This document shows, one piece after another, positions 30,649 to 39,565 of a DNA stretch of 64,000 bases. The stretch comes from Marinilabiliales bacterium. Its GTDB lineage: Bacteria > Bacteroidota > Bacteroidia > Bacteroidales > PUMT01. Numbering within the stretch: the first letter of the stretch is position 1; the number at the start of each line of letters is the position of its first letter. Below the pieces are notes generated by a model. The model was given only the letters and a program-made list of their open reading frames with translations, searched no databases and had not been told where the DNA came from. The stretch covers positions 13,788-77,787 of the forward strand of contig REEN01000055.1 of the NCBI GenBank assembly GCA_007695015.1. The letters are read 5' to 3'. Both the position numbers and the translations under genes were made by a program.

Positions 30649-30878
30649 ATCTTGTTATTGTTATAAATGGAAATCTGGTTATTACCACAAATATACATTA
30701 AATTTTTTCTGCGTAAAATTACACACAGACGCATGAACCCGCATCAAATTTTTTACTGAACTGGCTGCACAGTGAACAAATAATTAACTAATTTTAATCC
30801 GTTTTTATTGGTTCTGATCAACAATGTTGGTATTATAAGGGTTTATTTGCAGGAAATACGAACTGATTTTAATTAGAT

Positions 30879-32162
30879 ATGAGACAAATTATTCTGAAAG
30901 GAGAAAGATTTTTTTATTATACCATCGTTGTTTTATTTGGTTTTATTGCCGGTGCAGGCACATCAGCTATGGGACAGGGTGTCACTGGCAGCAGGCTGAG
31001 CGTGTTCCTGGACCTTGAAAGATGGATTGACGACGATTTTATCAGGCAGGAGATACCTCTGGTTGATTATGTACGGGAGCGGGAGATGGCCGATGTCCAT
31101 ATCATTATGTCAAGGCATGCATCGGGAAGCATCGGGGCGACCTACAGCATATCTTTTATAGGCTACGGCAGGTTTAAGGCAATGAACTACGAGCTAAGCT
31201 ACTGGGCCCCCTCCTCCAATACCTCAGACGAAACAAGGCGGGGATATACCGAAAAGATAAAATTCGGGCTTGCCCCGTTCATGGCTGCATCAAGTGCAGC
31301 CGGCAGAATGCGGTTAACATATGAGGCTGCCGCTGTTGCCATCGATACCGATGATGTTGTGACGGAAGATCCATGGAACTACTGGGTGATTGAGATTTAT
31401 GGCGGCGGTAATTTCAGTCGTGAGGATACCAGGAATGCGATTCACCTGAGGTACGGGATATTTGCTGACAGGATAACCACAGAATCGCGTACCAGGCTCA
31501 GACCTTACAACAATTACAATGAAAGGAATTTTAAGACCGGTGACGGCTGGGTATCCTCTGTCGCCCACAGGGGCGGTTTTGACAGCTACCATATAGTGAG
31601 TATTGGCGATCACTGGGCGGTTGGCGGGTTTGGTGATATATACTACAGCACATTCGACAATATGAGATTCTCTGCGGAGCTTTCTCCTGCCATTGAATAC
31701 AGTGTCTTCCCATACGAGGAAGCCACCCGCCGGTCAATTACCTTTGCATGGAGGGTTGGTGCCGGCTATTACGATTACCAGGAGGAGACTATCTTTGACA
31801 AGGAAGAGGAGTTACTGTTCGGCCAGGCAGTAATTGCTTCGGCAAATTTCCGCCAGCCATGGGGAAATGTGAGGGCAGGTCTTGTAGGCTTCCACCATTT
31901 TCATGATCTCCGGTCAAACAGGGCGGAACTGTTTGCTTTCATGAACCTGAGAATTGTTGAGGGTTTGTCGCTGAATTTCAGGGGCAGCTTTGAACTCATT
32001 AACGACCAGGTTGCAATTCCCAAAGGAGACCTTTCCCTGGAACAGATACTGCTGGAACAGCGCCGCAGGGCAACAAGTTACCAGTTAAGCGGGAACATAG
32101 GTTTGTCATACACCTTTGGGTCTAGGATCACCGGGGTGTTCAATCCCCGGTTAAGTCTGTGA
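30879..32162 (+). CDS. hypothetical exported protein, possible outer-membrane beta-barrel
   Basis: 427 aa with an N-terminal hydrophobic signal (IVVLFGFIAGAGTSAMG). Rich in aromatic/Gly alternating stretches (GNIGLSYTFGS near the C-terminus). No family recognised. Confidence 0.5.
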   Translation: MRQIILKGERFFYYTIVVLFGFIAGAGTSAMGQGVTGSRLSVFLDLERWIDDDFIRQEIPLVDYVREREMADVHIIMSRHASGSIGATYSISFIGYGRFKAMNYELSYWAPSSNTSDETRRGYTEKIKFGLAPFMAASSAAGRMRLTYEAAAVAIDTDDVVTEDPWNYWVIEIYGGGNFSREDTRNAIHLRYGIFADRITTESRTRLRPYNNYNERNFKTGDGWVSSVAHRGGFDSYHIVSIGDHWAVGGFGDIYYSTFDNMRFSAELSPAIEYSVFPYEEATRRSITFAWRVGAGYYDYQEETIFDKEEELLFGQAVIASANFRQPWGNVRAGLVGFHHFHDLRSNRAELFAFMNLRIVEGLSLNFRGSFELINDQVAIPKGDLSLEQILLEQRRRATSYQLSGNIGLSYTFGSRITGVFNPRLSL

Positions 32163-32230
32163 TAAAAAAAGGGAAACAGATTCATAAACTGATGTTTTTT
32201 GAATGTATGCATTTAAAATTTTCGCGGGTT

Positions 32231-32260
32231 TTTGAAATATTATTTAAAACATTATCTTTG
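32231..32260 (+). promoter_or_regulatory. Bacteroidota-type promoter for rpmH
   Basis: TTTG (32231-32234), an 18-bp spacer, then TATCTTTG (32253-32260), which matches the -7 consensus TAnnTTTG. It lies about 50 nt upstream of the rpmH ATG. Confidence 0.4.
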
Positions 32261-32309
32261 CAGTCCCTGAATTATTGACCTGATAAATATAAAAATATCT
32301 GATATATCA

Positions 32310-32467
32310 TGAAGAGGACGTTTCAACCATCAAACAGAAAGAGAAAAAACAAGCACGGTTTCCGTGAAAGAATGGCTACTGCCAACGGACGCAGGGTTGT
32401 GGCCTCAAGGAGGGCAAAGGGCCGTAAAAGGCTCACTGTATCCGATGAGCCAAGGCACAAGGTATAG
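32310..32467 (+). pseudogene. rpmH: 50S ribosomal protein L34 gene with an apparent 1-nt frameshift
   Basis: Too short for the ORF track. The ATG at 32310 encodes [10 protein letters not shown]. The rest of L34 ([42 protein letters not shown], stop TAG 32465-32467) is in the -1 frame. The span is 158 nt, not a multiple of 3. Confidence 0.7.
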
Positions 32468-32499
32468 CGGGACCTCTGCGGTCAAATATGTTATTAATT

Positions 32500-32525
32500 A
32501 AATGGCTGTCTGCGGACAGCCATTT
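32500..32525. terminator. hairpin terminator between convergent rpmH and pepD
   Basis: Perfect 11-bp stem AAATGGCTGTC / GACAGCCATTT with loop TGCG. Both flanks are AT-rich. Confidence 0.65.
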
Positions 32526-32576
32526 ATGTTAGCCTGCACACATAAGGCCGCTATTCCCCCGGTTGCGGAATTGAAA

Positions 32577-34040
32577 TCAGTTTTTGCCGGGAATATTCTT
32601 GAGTGTTTCTGTCAGCAATACCCAGAATTTATGCACCGATTCGATATGGACCTTTTCATCGGGTGAATGGGGATACCTTATTGTCGGCCCGAAGGATATC
32701 ATGTCAAGACCGGGATATACACCACCTATTATCCCGCATTCAAGTCCGGCATGAATGGCTTTGACTTCGGGTGTTTTGCCGTAAAGTGCCTTGTAGACAT
32801 TTTTCATCACAGCCAGAATCTCAGAATCCATGTTGGGTTTCCATCCGGGGTAAGCTCCGTCAAAGGTTATTCCGGCTCCCGCCAGGGTAAAGAGCCCTTC
32901 CATCATTGAGGCAAGTTCGTCCCTGGAGCTATCAACCGAGCTCCTCATGAGGCACTTCACATCAATAACCCCGTTATCTGACCTGACACTTGCCAGGTTC
33001 GTCGATGTTTCAACGAGTCCGTGCATTGAATTGCTCATCCTTATCACACCATTGGGGCAGGCAATCACTGACCTGATAAGGCGACTAATAGTGTCTTTGT
33101 CGATAATATTTCCGGGTAAACCCGTTTCATTTAAATCAAGGCTCAGGTCGGGTTCAACTGCTGAGAGTTCATTCCTGAATATGCCGGCAAAAGCTTCGGC
33201 GCTCTCTTTCAGTGAATTCACCTTGTCTGGTACCAACACGACGGTTGCTGAAGCTTCTCTCGGAATGGCATTGCGCAATCCACCGCCGTCAATATTTGCA
33301 ACCAGGGCTCCATGGAACTCCACCGCATGCTTGAGAAAACGGAACAGCAGCTTGTTGGCATTCCCCCGGCCAAGATCTATATCAAGTCCGCTATGCCCAC
33401 CTTTCAACCCCTTAATTTCAACCCTGAATGCAGAATGACCTGACGGGGGCTCAATATTGTGGTACGTGAACTTAATATTTGCATCCAGACCGCCCGCACA
33501 ACCTGTATAAAGCTCTCCTTCATCTTCAGAGTCCATGTTGAGCATAATATCTGCATTCAGAATGCCCGGCTCGAGTCCGTTAGCCCCTGTCATGCCGCTT
33601 TCCTCATCAACGGTAAAGAGAGCTTCGACCGGACCATGAACCAGATCACCGGCATCAAGCACAGCCAGTGCTGCGGCAACTCCGATACCGTTGTCAGCTC
33701 CTAGTGTTGTTCCGTGTGCACATACCCATTCACCTTCAATATATGCCTCAATAGGATCTTTTTCAAAGTCATGGACCTTATCGCTGTTTTTCTGGGGTAC
33801 CATGTCGAGGTGACCTTGCAGGAGCACAGTCTTTTTATCCTCCATACCCGGTGTGGCCGGTTTTTTGATTATCACATTTCCGGCAGGGTCGATTAGGGTT
33901 TCAAGCCCTCTCTTTTCTCCGAATTTTCTGATATACCCGGCAACTCCGGCTTCTTTCCCTGAAGGCCTCGGTATTTGGGTTAAATCGTAAAAATAGTTCC
34001 AGATAAGTGCGGGGTCAAGGTTTTTGATCTCTTTACTCAT
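32577..34040 (-). CDS. pepD: aminoacyl-histidine (Xaa-His) dipeptidase, M20C family
   Basis: 487 aa. LDPALIWNYFYDLTQIPRPSGKE start, LQGHLDMVPQK, GTTLGADNGIGVA, NMDSEDEGELYTGCAGG. Confidence 0.9.
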   Translation of the reverse strand: MSKEIKNLDPALIWNYFYDLTQIPRPSGKEAGVAGYIRKFGEKRGLETLIDPAGNVIIKKPATPGMEDKKTVLLQGHLDMVPQKNSDKVHDFEKDPIEAYIEGEWVCAHGTTLGADNGIGVAAALAVLDAGDLVHGPVEALFTVDEESGMTGANGLEPGILNADIMLNMDSEDEGELYTGCAGGLDANIKFTYHNIEPPSGHSAFRVEIKGLKGGHSGLDIDLGRGNANKLLFRFLKHAVEFHGALVANIDGGGLRNAIPREASATVVLVPDKVNSLKESAEAFAGIFRNELSAVEPDLSLDLNETGLPGNIIDKDTISRLIRSVIACPNGVIRMSNSMHGLVETSTNLASVRSDNGVIDVKCLMRSSVDSSRDELASMMEGLFTLAGAGITFDGAYPGWKPNMDSEILAVMKNVYKALYGKTPEVKAIHAGLECGIIGGVYPGLDMISFGPTIRYPHSPDEKVHIESVHKFWVLLTETLKNIPGKN

Positions 34041-34072
34041 TTCAGGTACTTTTTCTGATTATTATTTATTCC

Positions 34073-34139
34073 TTGCCGGGGATTCGGACACTCAAAGGTC
34101 TTGCGTCACGAAAGCCTGCCGGACCCTTTGATCCGGCAA
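34073..34139 (-). other. nested inverted repeats (compound hairpin) in the abgT-pepD intercistronic spacer
   Basis: TTGCCGG (34073-34079) pairs with CCGGCAA (34133-34139). Inside it, CAAAGG (34093-34098) pairs with CCTTTG (34125-34130). No U-run follows on the minus-strand transcript. Confidence 0.45.
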
Positions 34140-34146
34140 ACTTTTG

Positions 34147-35730
34147 TCAAGGGGTGTAATAAAGGGGGCCTTCGATACCGAGGGGCAGCTCAAGCCATAT
34201 CCATATAAGCAGCATCGGGATCCTTACGATCAAAAATGCAATCGCATATGGCAGCATCATTGATATCAGGGTTCCTATACCCACATTCTTAACGTACTTC
34301 TGTGCAAAGACTATTACAATAGGGAAGTAGGGTAAAAGCGGGGTCAGTATGTTTGAATAGGAATCGCCGATACGATAGGCTGCCTGGGTCAGTTCAGGAG
34401 AGTATCCCATAAGCATGAGCATTGGAACGAATATGGGTGCAAGAATTGCCCATTTAGCCGAAGCGCTTCCCATAACAAGGTTGACCAGTGAGGCTACAAT
34501 GATAAACGCGACCAGCAGCGGTCCGCCGGTAAATCCGATTGCCTTCAGTCCGTCAGACCCCTTAACTGCAAGGACACTTCCCAGGTTTGACCAGTTGAAG
34601 TATGCCACAAACTGGGCTGCAACAAACGCAATGACTATGTAGAGGCCCATTGTTGCCATTGCCTTGGCAGTCATATCAGAAACATCCTTGTCACTTTTTA
34701 TGGTTTTTGCAACCATCCCGTAAACCAGTCCTGCTACAAAGAACACAACAAGCATTATGGGTACGATCGAGTCATAGAATGGCCGCATCGTTCTTTTTCC
34801 CGTTTCGGGATCAAAATCGCCCCTGAGCACGCCGTCGGCAGGGATAGTGGCCAGAGCGACCAACCCGAGGATGACAATCACGGAAAAGAGGGACCATTTC
34901 AGAGCCTTGCGTTCACGTGGGGATATTTCATTTGTTTCATCAAGAGCCACATCGTCATCCGGCTCATAGGATCCAAGCCGTGGCACCAGTATTTTTTCTG
35001 TTATCCATGTGCCTGCAATTCCCACGAATGGCACAGAGGCAGCCATCAGGTAGTAATTAGACAGCGGATTGACTGTGTATTCCGGGTCAATTATCTGGGC
35101 GGCGGGTTCGGTAAATGCGGCTATCATCGGATCAAGTCCGGTAGGCAGAAAATTAGCCCCAAATCCACCTGAAACACCTGCAAATGCCGCAGCTATACCT
35201 GCCAGCGGATGCCTGCCCATGCTGAGAAAGATAACTCCGCCAAGAGGTATTAGCACCACATAGCCTGCATCTGCTGCCACTGAGCTTATCATCCCGGCCA
35301 CAACAATTGAAAAGGTTATCAGAAATTTTGGAACTTTTGACACAAACATCCGGAGGGCAACAGCTATCATGCCGGAATGTTCTGCAACGCCAATACCGAG
35401 CATTACCACTAGGACCAGCCCCAGCGGCGGAAATTGTGCAAATGTATCGACCATTTCGGTAAATATTCTCTGAACACCCTCACGCGAAAGAAGGTTTACA
35501 ACACTTATAGTCTCGACAGGCCTGCCTTCGCTGTCAACAAGTCCCGCTTCCTTTCCCGGGTGATCAACGGTCACTCCGCCGAATATCCAGGATAACAGCA
35601 GAACTATTACCATCAGTATTGCAAAGAGTGTTACAGGTTGCGGCAGTTTATTACCTATTATTTCCACTTTGTCAAGTGCCCGCTGGAACAGGCCTTTTTT
35701 CTCCACTTTATTGGCGTCGTTATTTTCCAT
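34147..35730 (-). CDS. AbgT-family transporter (copy 1)
   Basis: 527 aa polytopic. [39 protein letters not shown] and [36 protein letters not shown] are typical AbgT blocks. Confidence 0.88.
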   Translation of the reverse strand: MENNDANKVEKKGLFQRALDKVEIIGNKLPQPVTLFAILMVIVLLLSWIFGGVTVDHPGKEAGLVDSEGRPVETISVVNLLSREGVQRIFTEMVDTFAQFPPLGLVLVVMLGIGVAEHSGMIAVALRMFVSKVPKFLITFSIVVAGMISSVAADAGYVVLIPLGGVIFLSMGRHPLAGIAAAFAGVSGGFGANFLPTGLDPMIAAFTEPAAQIIDPEYTVNPLSNYYLMAASVPFVGIAGTWITEKILVPRLGSYEPDDDVALDETNEISPRERKALKWSLFSVIVILGLVALATIPADGVLRGDFDPETGKRTMRPFYDSIVPIMLVVFFVAGLVYGMVAKTIKSDKDVSDMTAKAMATMGLYIVIAFVAAQFVAYFNWSNLGSVLAVKGSDGLKAIGFTGGPLLVAFIIVASLVNLVMGSASAKWAILAPIFVPMLMLMGYSPELTQAAYRIGDSYSNILTPLLPYFPIVIVFAQKYVKNVGIGTLISMMLPYAIAFLIVRIPMLLIWIWLELPLGIEGPLYYTP

Positions 35731-36069
35731 TTTGTACAGGTATGGTTATTAATGGTTTATGTATAAATACTTGTAGTTGGATTTATGGCGACCATGTCTG
35801 TCTGCCGGTGGATACCCGCCCGGATATTTAATTAAAGCGTAAATGTAAAAAAAAAAATATCGTCCAATGCATATGTAGCTGAACATAATTACCGGGAAAA
35901 TTGTATTATATGGGAGTATGAATGAACATCCGGATATATTATACTTGTTAAATAATTGTAATTATTTATATATGTAACCTGAATGGTGTTAATTTTGCAA
36001 GTTAAGCAAGGGTTTTGTTTTTTCCCCGATACATTATAAACTGAGATAGTTGATCTAAAATTTAAAATT

Positions 36070-36618
36070 ATGTTATTGAAAATGTCATCACTGAAGATAT
36101 ATCTGGTCATAATTATGACAGCCGGCATGTTCATTCCGGCTGTTAAGGCTCAGAACGAAAAGGTAAACTGGGTTAGTTTTGAAGAGGCTGTAGAGATGAG
36201 CAGGCAGAACCCTCGCAAGATAATAATTGATGTTTACACCGATTGGTGCGGATTCTGCAAGCGGATGGAGTCAGAGACATTTAATAACCCCCAGGTGGCA
36301 AGCTATATAAACAATCATTTTTATGCAGTAAAGCTTAACTCCGAGACCAGGGATACGATTAATTTTCAGGGACACATGTTTGTGAATGAAGGTGAGGGCA
36401 GGCGCTCTCCCCACCAACTGTCTATTGCTTTACTTGGTGGACAGATGTCTTATCCCACGGTGGTCTATATTAACGAAGACCTTGAATTACTGACTTCTGT
36501 GCCGGGGTTTATGACACCGGAAGGAATTGAGCCTATACTCCGTTTCTTTGCCGAGGATCATTACAAGCATACTCCATGGGAGTCCTACAGGGAGAGTTTC
36601 AAGGGGGCCTTCAAATAG
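36070..36618 (+). CDS. exported thioredoxin-fold protein
   Basis: Signal peptide (LVIIMTAGMFIPAVKA) and a CxxC site in KIIIDVYTDWCGFCKRME. 182 aa. Confidence 0.75.
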   Translation: MLLKMSSLKIYLVIIMTAGMFIPAVKAQNEKVNWVSFEEAVEMSRQNPRKIIIDVYTDWCGFCKRMESETFNNPQVASYINNHFYAVKLNSETRDTINFQGHMFVNEGEGRRSPHQLSIALLGGQMSYPTVVYINEDLELLTSVPGFMTPEGIEPILRFFAEDHYKHTPWESYRESFKGAFK

Positions 36619-36703
36619 GCGGCAACCAACAGGAAATACAGAATTACATTTGTACTTGAATGTTCCGTGCCGGCATCCGCCGAAATTGGATCGCATGAGG
36701 TCA

Positions 36704-37825
36704 TTATTCCCACTTGAAGTCGGCCGGAAGGACTATTATTTTGCCCATCTGACCTACAAGTACTCTTCTTGAAGCCAGTCCGGTTTTGCCGTCAGAAATT
36801 CGGACTGAAGCGGCTTCGGGGATCCTGTAATATATTCCTGAACTTTGCCTGTCCTGCCTTGATGCTGATGATACCATATCAAGATTTCCGGTTTTGTTTT
36901 CATATGTCAACTCGATGGTTACAGGCCTTCCGCCGGTTTCATATGCACTTAAAACACCATCTGATTCGGAGAACCTGAATAAAACCTCAGGATCTTCCGT
37001 TTCGCCGGCCTCTCCCGGGGGCGGGGTATAGTCGAATACAAACCTGTGTTTATGCTCTGATACCTTTCCTGTGAACAGGCTGAGGTATTCAGATTCCTGC
37101 TTCCGGAACTCTTCAATTATCGCTTCCAGGGCTTTGCCGTCAGGAAACAGGTCCAGATCTCCCGATATCAGTTTAAACCTGTTACTTCTGAGTTCGAATA
37201 TAAGGTCAGCCACTTCAGCAGCCCTTGCTTCCAGGCTTTTGGTAACGGATTGCCTTTGCAGGACAGGTACATTTACGAATGCGGTATCCTGCCTTACCAT
37301 TCTCATTACGGTGCGTGTCTCTTCAACTACCAGCGGGTGGATTGACAGGTCGGTGAAAAGGGGAGAGGTGACCGGCACTTCGCCGGGCAGTGAGTAGCCG
37401 TCAAGGTCAGGCAGCTGTTTCTGGTTTACAGGCAGAACAAAGCCCTCTGCTTCCAGCCTGAAAAAATTTGTCACATGCCTGTCATTCGTCTTCAGCAGGT
37501 AATAATGTTCAGGATCTGCCTCCTGGTAGCTGTCAATCGAAATATTGTCAATTACCCACCGGTCAAAATTCCTTTCAGGAACCCCGGTTATACCCAGGTA
37601 TCTCTCGGCATACTGGTAATATGGCCCCCTCCTTGTTGTAAACCTGGATGCTTCCACTGTAATTCTGAGTGTGGTTCTGGGCAGCGAATAGATTAACGTG
37701 TAACTATGGGGGTGAACGGCATCTTTTGCATTTATTGCCGAAGTTTCGTGTTTAAGGCTTCTTGAACCTGCACATCCTGCAATTATTGATGCAAGGAGTA
37801 ACAAGAATGCAAATCTGTAAATCAT
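36704..37825 (-). CDS. hypothetical lipoprotein
   Basis: Lipobox LLLLASIIAGC. 373 aa. No family confidently recognised. ATGA overlap with the nnr stop. Confidence 0.5.
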   Translation of the reverse strand: MIYRFAFLLLLASIIAGCAGSRSLKHETSAINAKDAVHPHSYTLIYSLPRTTLRITVEASRFTTRRGPYYQYAERYLGITGVPERNFDRWVIDNISIDSYQEADPEHYYLLKTNDRHVTNFFRLEAEGFVLPVNQKQLPDLDGYSLPGEVPVTSPLFTDLSIHPLVVEETRTVMRMVRQDTAFVNVPVLQRQSVTKSLEARAAEVADLIFELRSNRFKLISGDLDLFPDGKALEAIIEEFRKQESEYLSLFTGKVSEHKHRFVFDYTPPPGEAGETEDPEVLFRFSESDGVLSAYETGGRPVTIELTYENKTGNLDMVSSASRQDRQSSGIYYRIPEAASVRISDGKTGLASRRVLVGQMGKIIVLPADFKWE

Positions 37826-39339
37826 GATCGAGCAGTTTTTAGTTTTCTGAATGCATTTCCCAGAGATGAGCTTATATCACGGGCAATCAGCGATTCCTCC
37901 GAACCGATTGAAGACGCATGATCACCTGCCATTCCGTGAATAAAAACACCTGTGATTGCAGCATCAGCAGGGGGGTAACCCTGACCGAGCAAAGATAAGA
38001 TAATTCCTGTCAACACATCGCCCGAACCGGCTGTTGCCATTCCCGGGTTCCCGCTACCGTTGAAATATACATCGCCTGATGGAGTTGCTGTCGATGTGAA
38101 CGCCCCTTTGAGGACTATTGTGATCTTATGGTTTTTCGCAAGATTTATTTGGGTAAGCAGCCGGTCATGACTGTTCATGTGCTTTCCTGCGAGGCGGTCA
38201 AACTCTCCAGGGTGTGGTGTCAGCACTGAATTTTCGGGCAGGAGCCCAATCCATTCATTGTTACCGGCCATAATATTGATTGCATCGGCATCCAGGATTA
38301 GCGGAACCTTCACCGTTGTGATCAGTTTGTAAAGTGCCCGGCTTGTTTTTATACCTGTTCCGGTTCCCGGCCCTGCTCCAATGGCATCAAACTTATCAAG
38401 GTCAGGCAGCTCGGTGAAGAAGTTCTCTGAGCAGTCTATGCTTAACATTGCTTCGGGTATTGCAGTCTGTACTATACCGCAGCCTTCTTTTGGTACGTGC
38501 ACTGTCAGCAGTCCCGTCCCCGTCCTCAGGCATGATTCGGCTGCAAGTACCGCAGCTCCCATTTTGCCTCTGCTGCCTGATATCAGCAGGCAATGTCCCA
38601 GATTCCCCTTATGGGAGAATATCCTTCTCGGCCGGATCAGGGCCCTGACCGTTTCGGCACAGGCATAATGGAAGCTGGTCTTTACATTATTCAGAAACTC
38701 TTCATGCAGGCCTATCGGCAGTATTTCCCATCTGCCCGTAAATCTTTCATTCTCTGTAAACATGAATGCCAGCTTCGGAACCTGGAACGAAAGTGTATGG
38801 CTTGCACTGATTATGCTGCCACCGGTGTTCTCACGGTTGTCATCACCAAAAAGTCCGCTCGGCATGTCGACCGAGACCACTTTTGCACCCGAAGCATTTA
38901 TATGATCAATTATTTTAGCCGGAAAACCTTCCAGCGGCCTTGACAGTCCTGTACCAAAAAGTGCATCCACAACTACCGATGAGTGGCTGATAAGGGGAAG
39001 TTCGCCTGAAGGTGTCAGAATTTCCGGCTTCAGACCAATGGCCTGAAGTCTTTCAAGGTTGACTGATGTATCCGGAGAATATCCTGTTGATGAGGTCATC
39101 AGGTATATACGTGGAGAATATCCATTTTCTTTGAGTATCCGTCCAAGAGCCAGTCCGTCACCCCCGTTGTTGCCCGGCCCTGCAAATATCATGATCTGCT
39201 CCCCGGCCGGCAGGTTTTCGAAGAACCAGCCGGCTATTGCCCCGGCGGCTCTCTCCATCAGATTGAGAGATGAGACCGGTTCATTTTCTATGGTGAACAG
39301 GTCGGCCTCTCTTATCTGGTTTGTTGTCAATATCTTCAT
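37822..39339 (-). CDS. nnr: bifunctional NAD(P)H-hydrate epimerase / ADP-dependent dehydratase
   Basis: YjeF-N motif FAGPGNNGGDG. C-terminal carbohydrate-kinase part with GAGPGTGT and ATAGSGDVLTGII. I prefer the ATG at 39339 (MKILTTNQIREAD); the track start at 39345 is TTG. Confidence 0.9.
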   Translation of the reverse strand: MKILTTNQIREADLFTIENEPVSSLNLMERAAGAIAGWFFENLPAGEQIMIFAGPGNNGGDGLALGRILKENGYSPRIYLMTSSTGYSPDTSVNLERLQAIGLKPEILTPSGELPLISHSSVVVDALFGTGLSRPLEGFPAKIIDHINASGAKVVSVDMPSGLFGDDNRENTGGSIISASHTLSFQVPKLAFMFTENERFTGRWEILPIGLHEEFLNNVKTSFHYACAETVRALIRPRRIFSHKGNLGHCLLISGSRGKMGAAVLAAESCLRTGTGLLTVHVPKEGCGIVQTAIPEAMLSIDCSENFFTELPDLDKFDAIGAGPGTGTGIKTSRALYKLITTVKVPLILDADAINIMAGNNEWIGLLPENSVLTPHPGEFDRLAGKHMNSHDRLLTQINLAKNHKITIVLKGAFTSTATPSGDVYFNGSGNPGMATAGSGDVLTGIILSLLGQGYPPADAAITGVFIHGMAGDHASSIGSEESLIARDISSSLGNAFRKLKTARS

Positions 39340-39565
39340 CAGCAAAAAATTACTTTGGAGAATGCGTGTGCCTGATAGTTTTTTTACATTTTTCCAATGA
39401 AGGATGTAAAATTACGATAATATCGGTGCAATTGCATGTTGATATACTTTTAACACCTCTAAATTATATCGTTTCGTGATTTTTTATTGTTTTAGTTCCC
39501 AATAAATGCTAAAATTGCAACAATTTTTTTGGTTTTCCGGATGCTTCAGGAGTGCTAAATCAGAT

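Noticed and set aside
32337-32350. Programmed -1 ribosomal frameshifting as the explanation for the split rpmH.
   Set aside because: In the incoming frame the codons are GAA AAA ACA, which is not a canonical X XXY YYZ heptamer. I see no downstream stimulatory structure before the terminator. A 1-nt indel is more parsimonious. It is kept only as a minor alternative in the finding.
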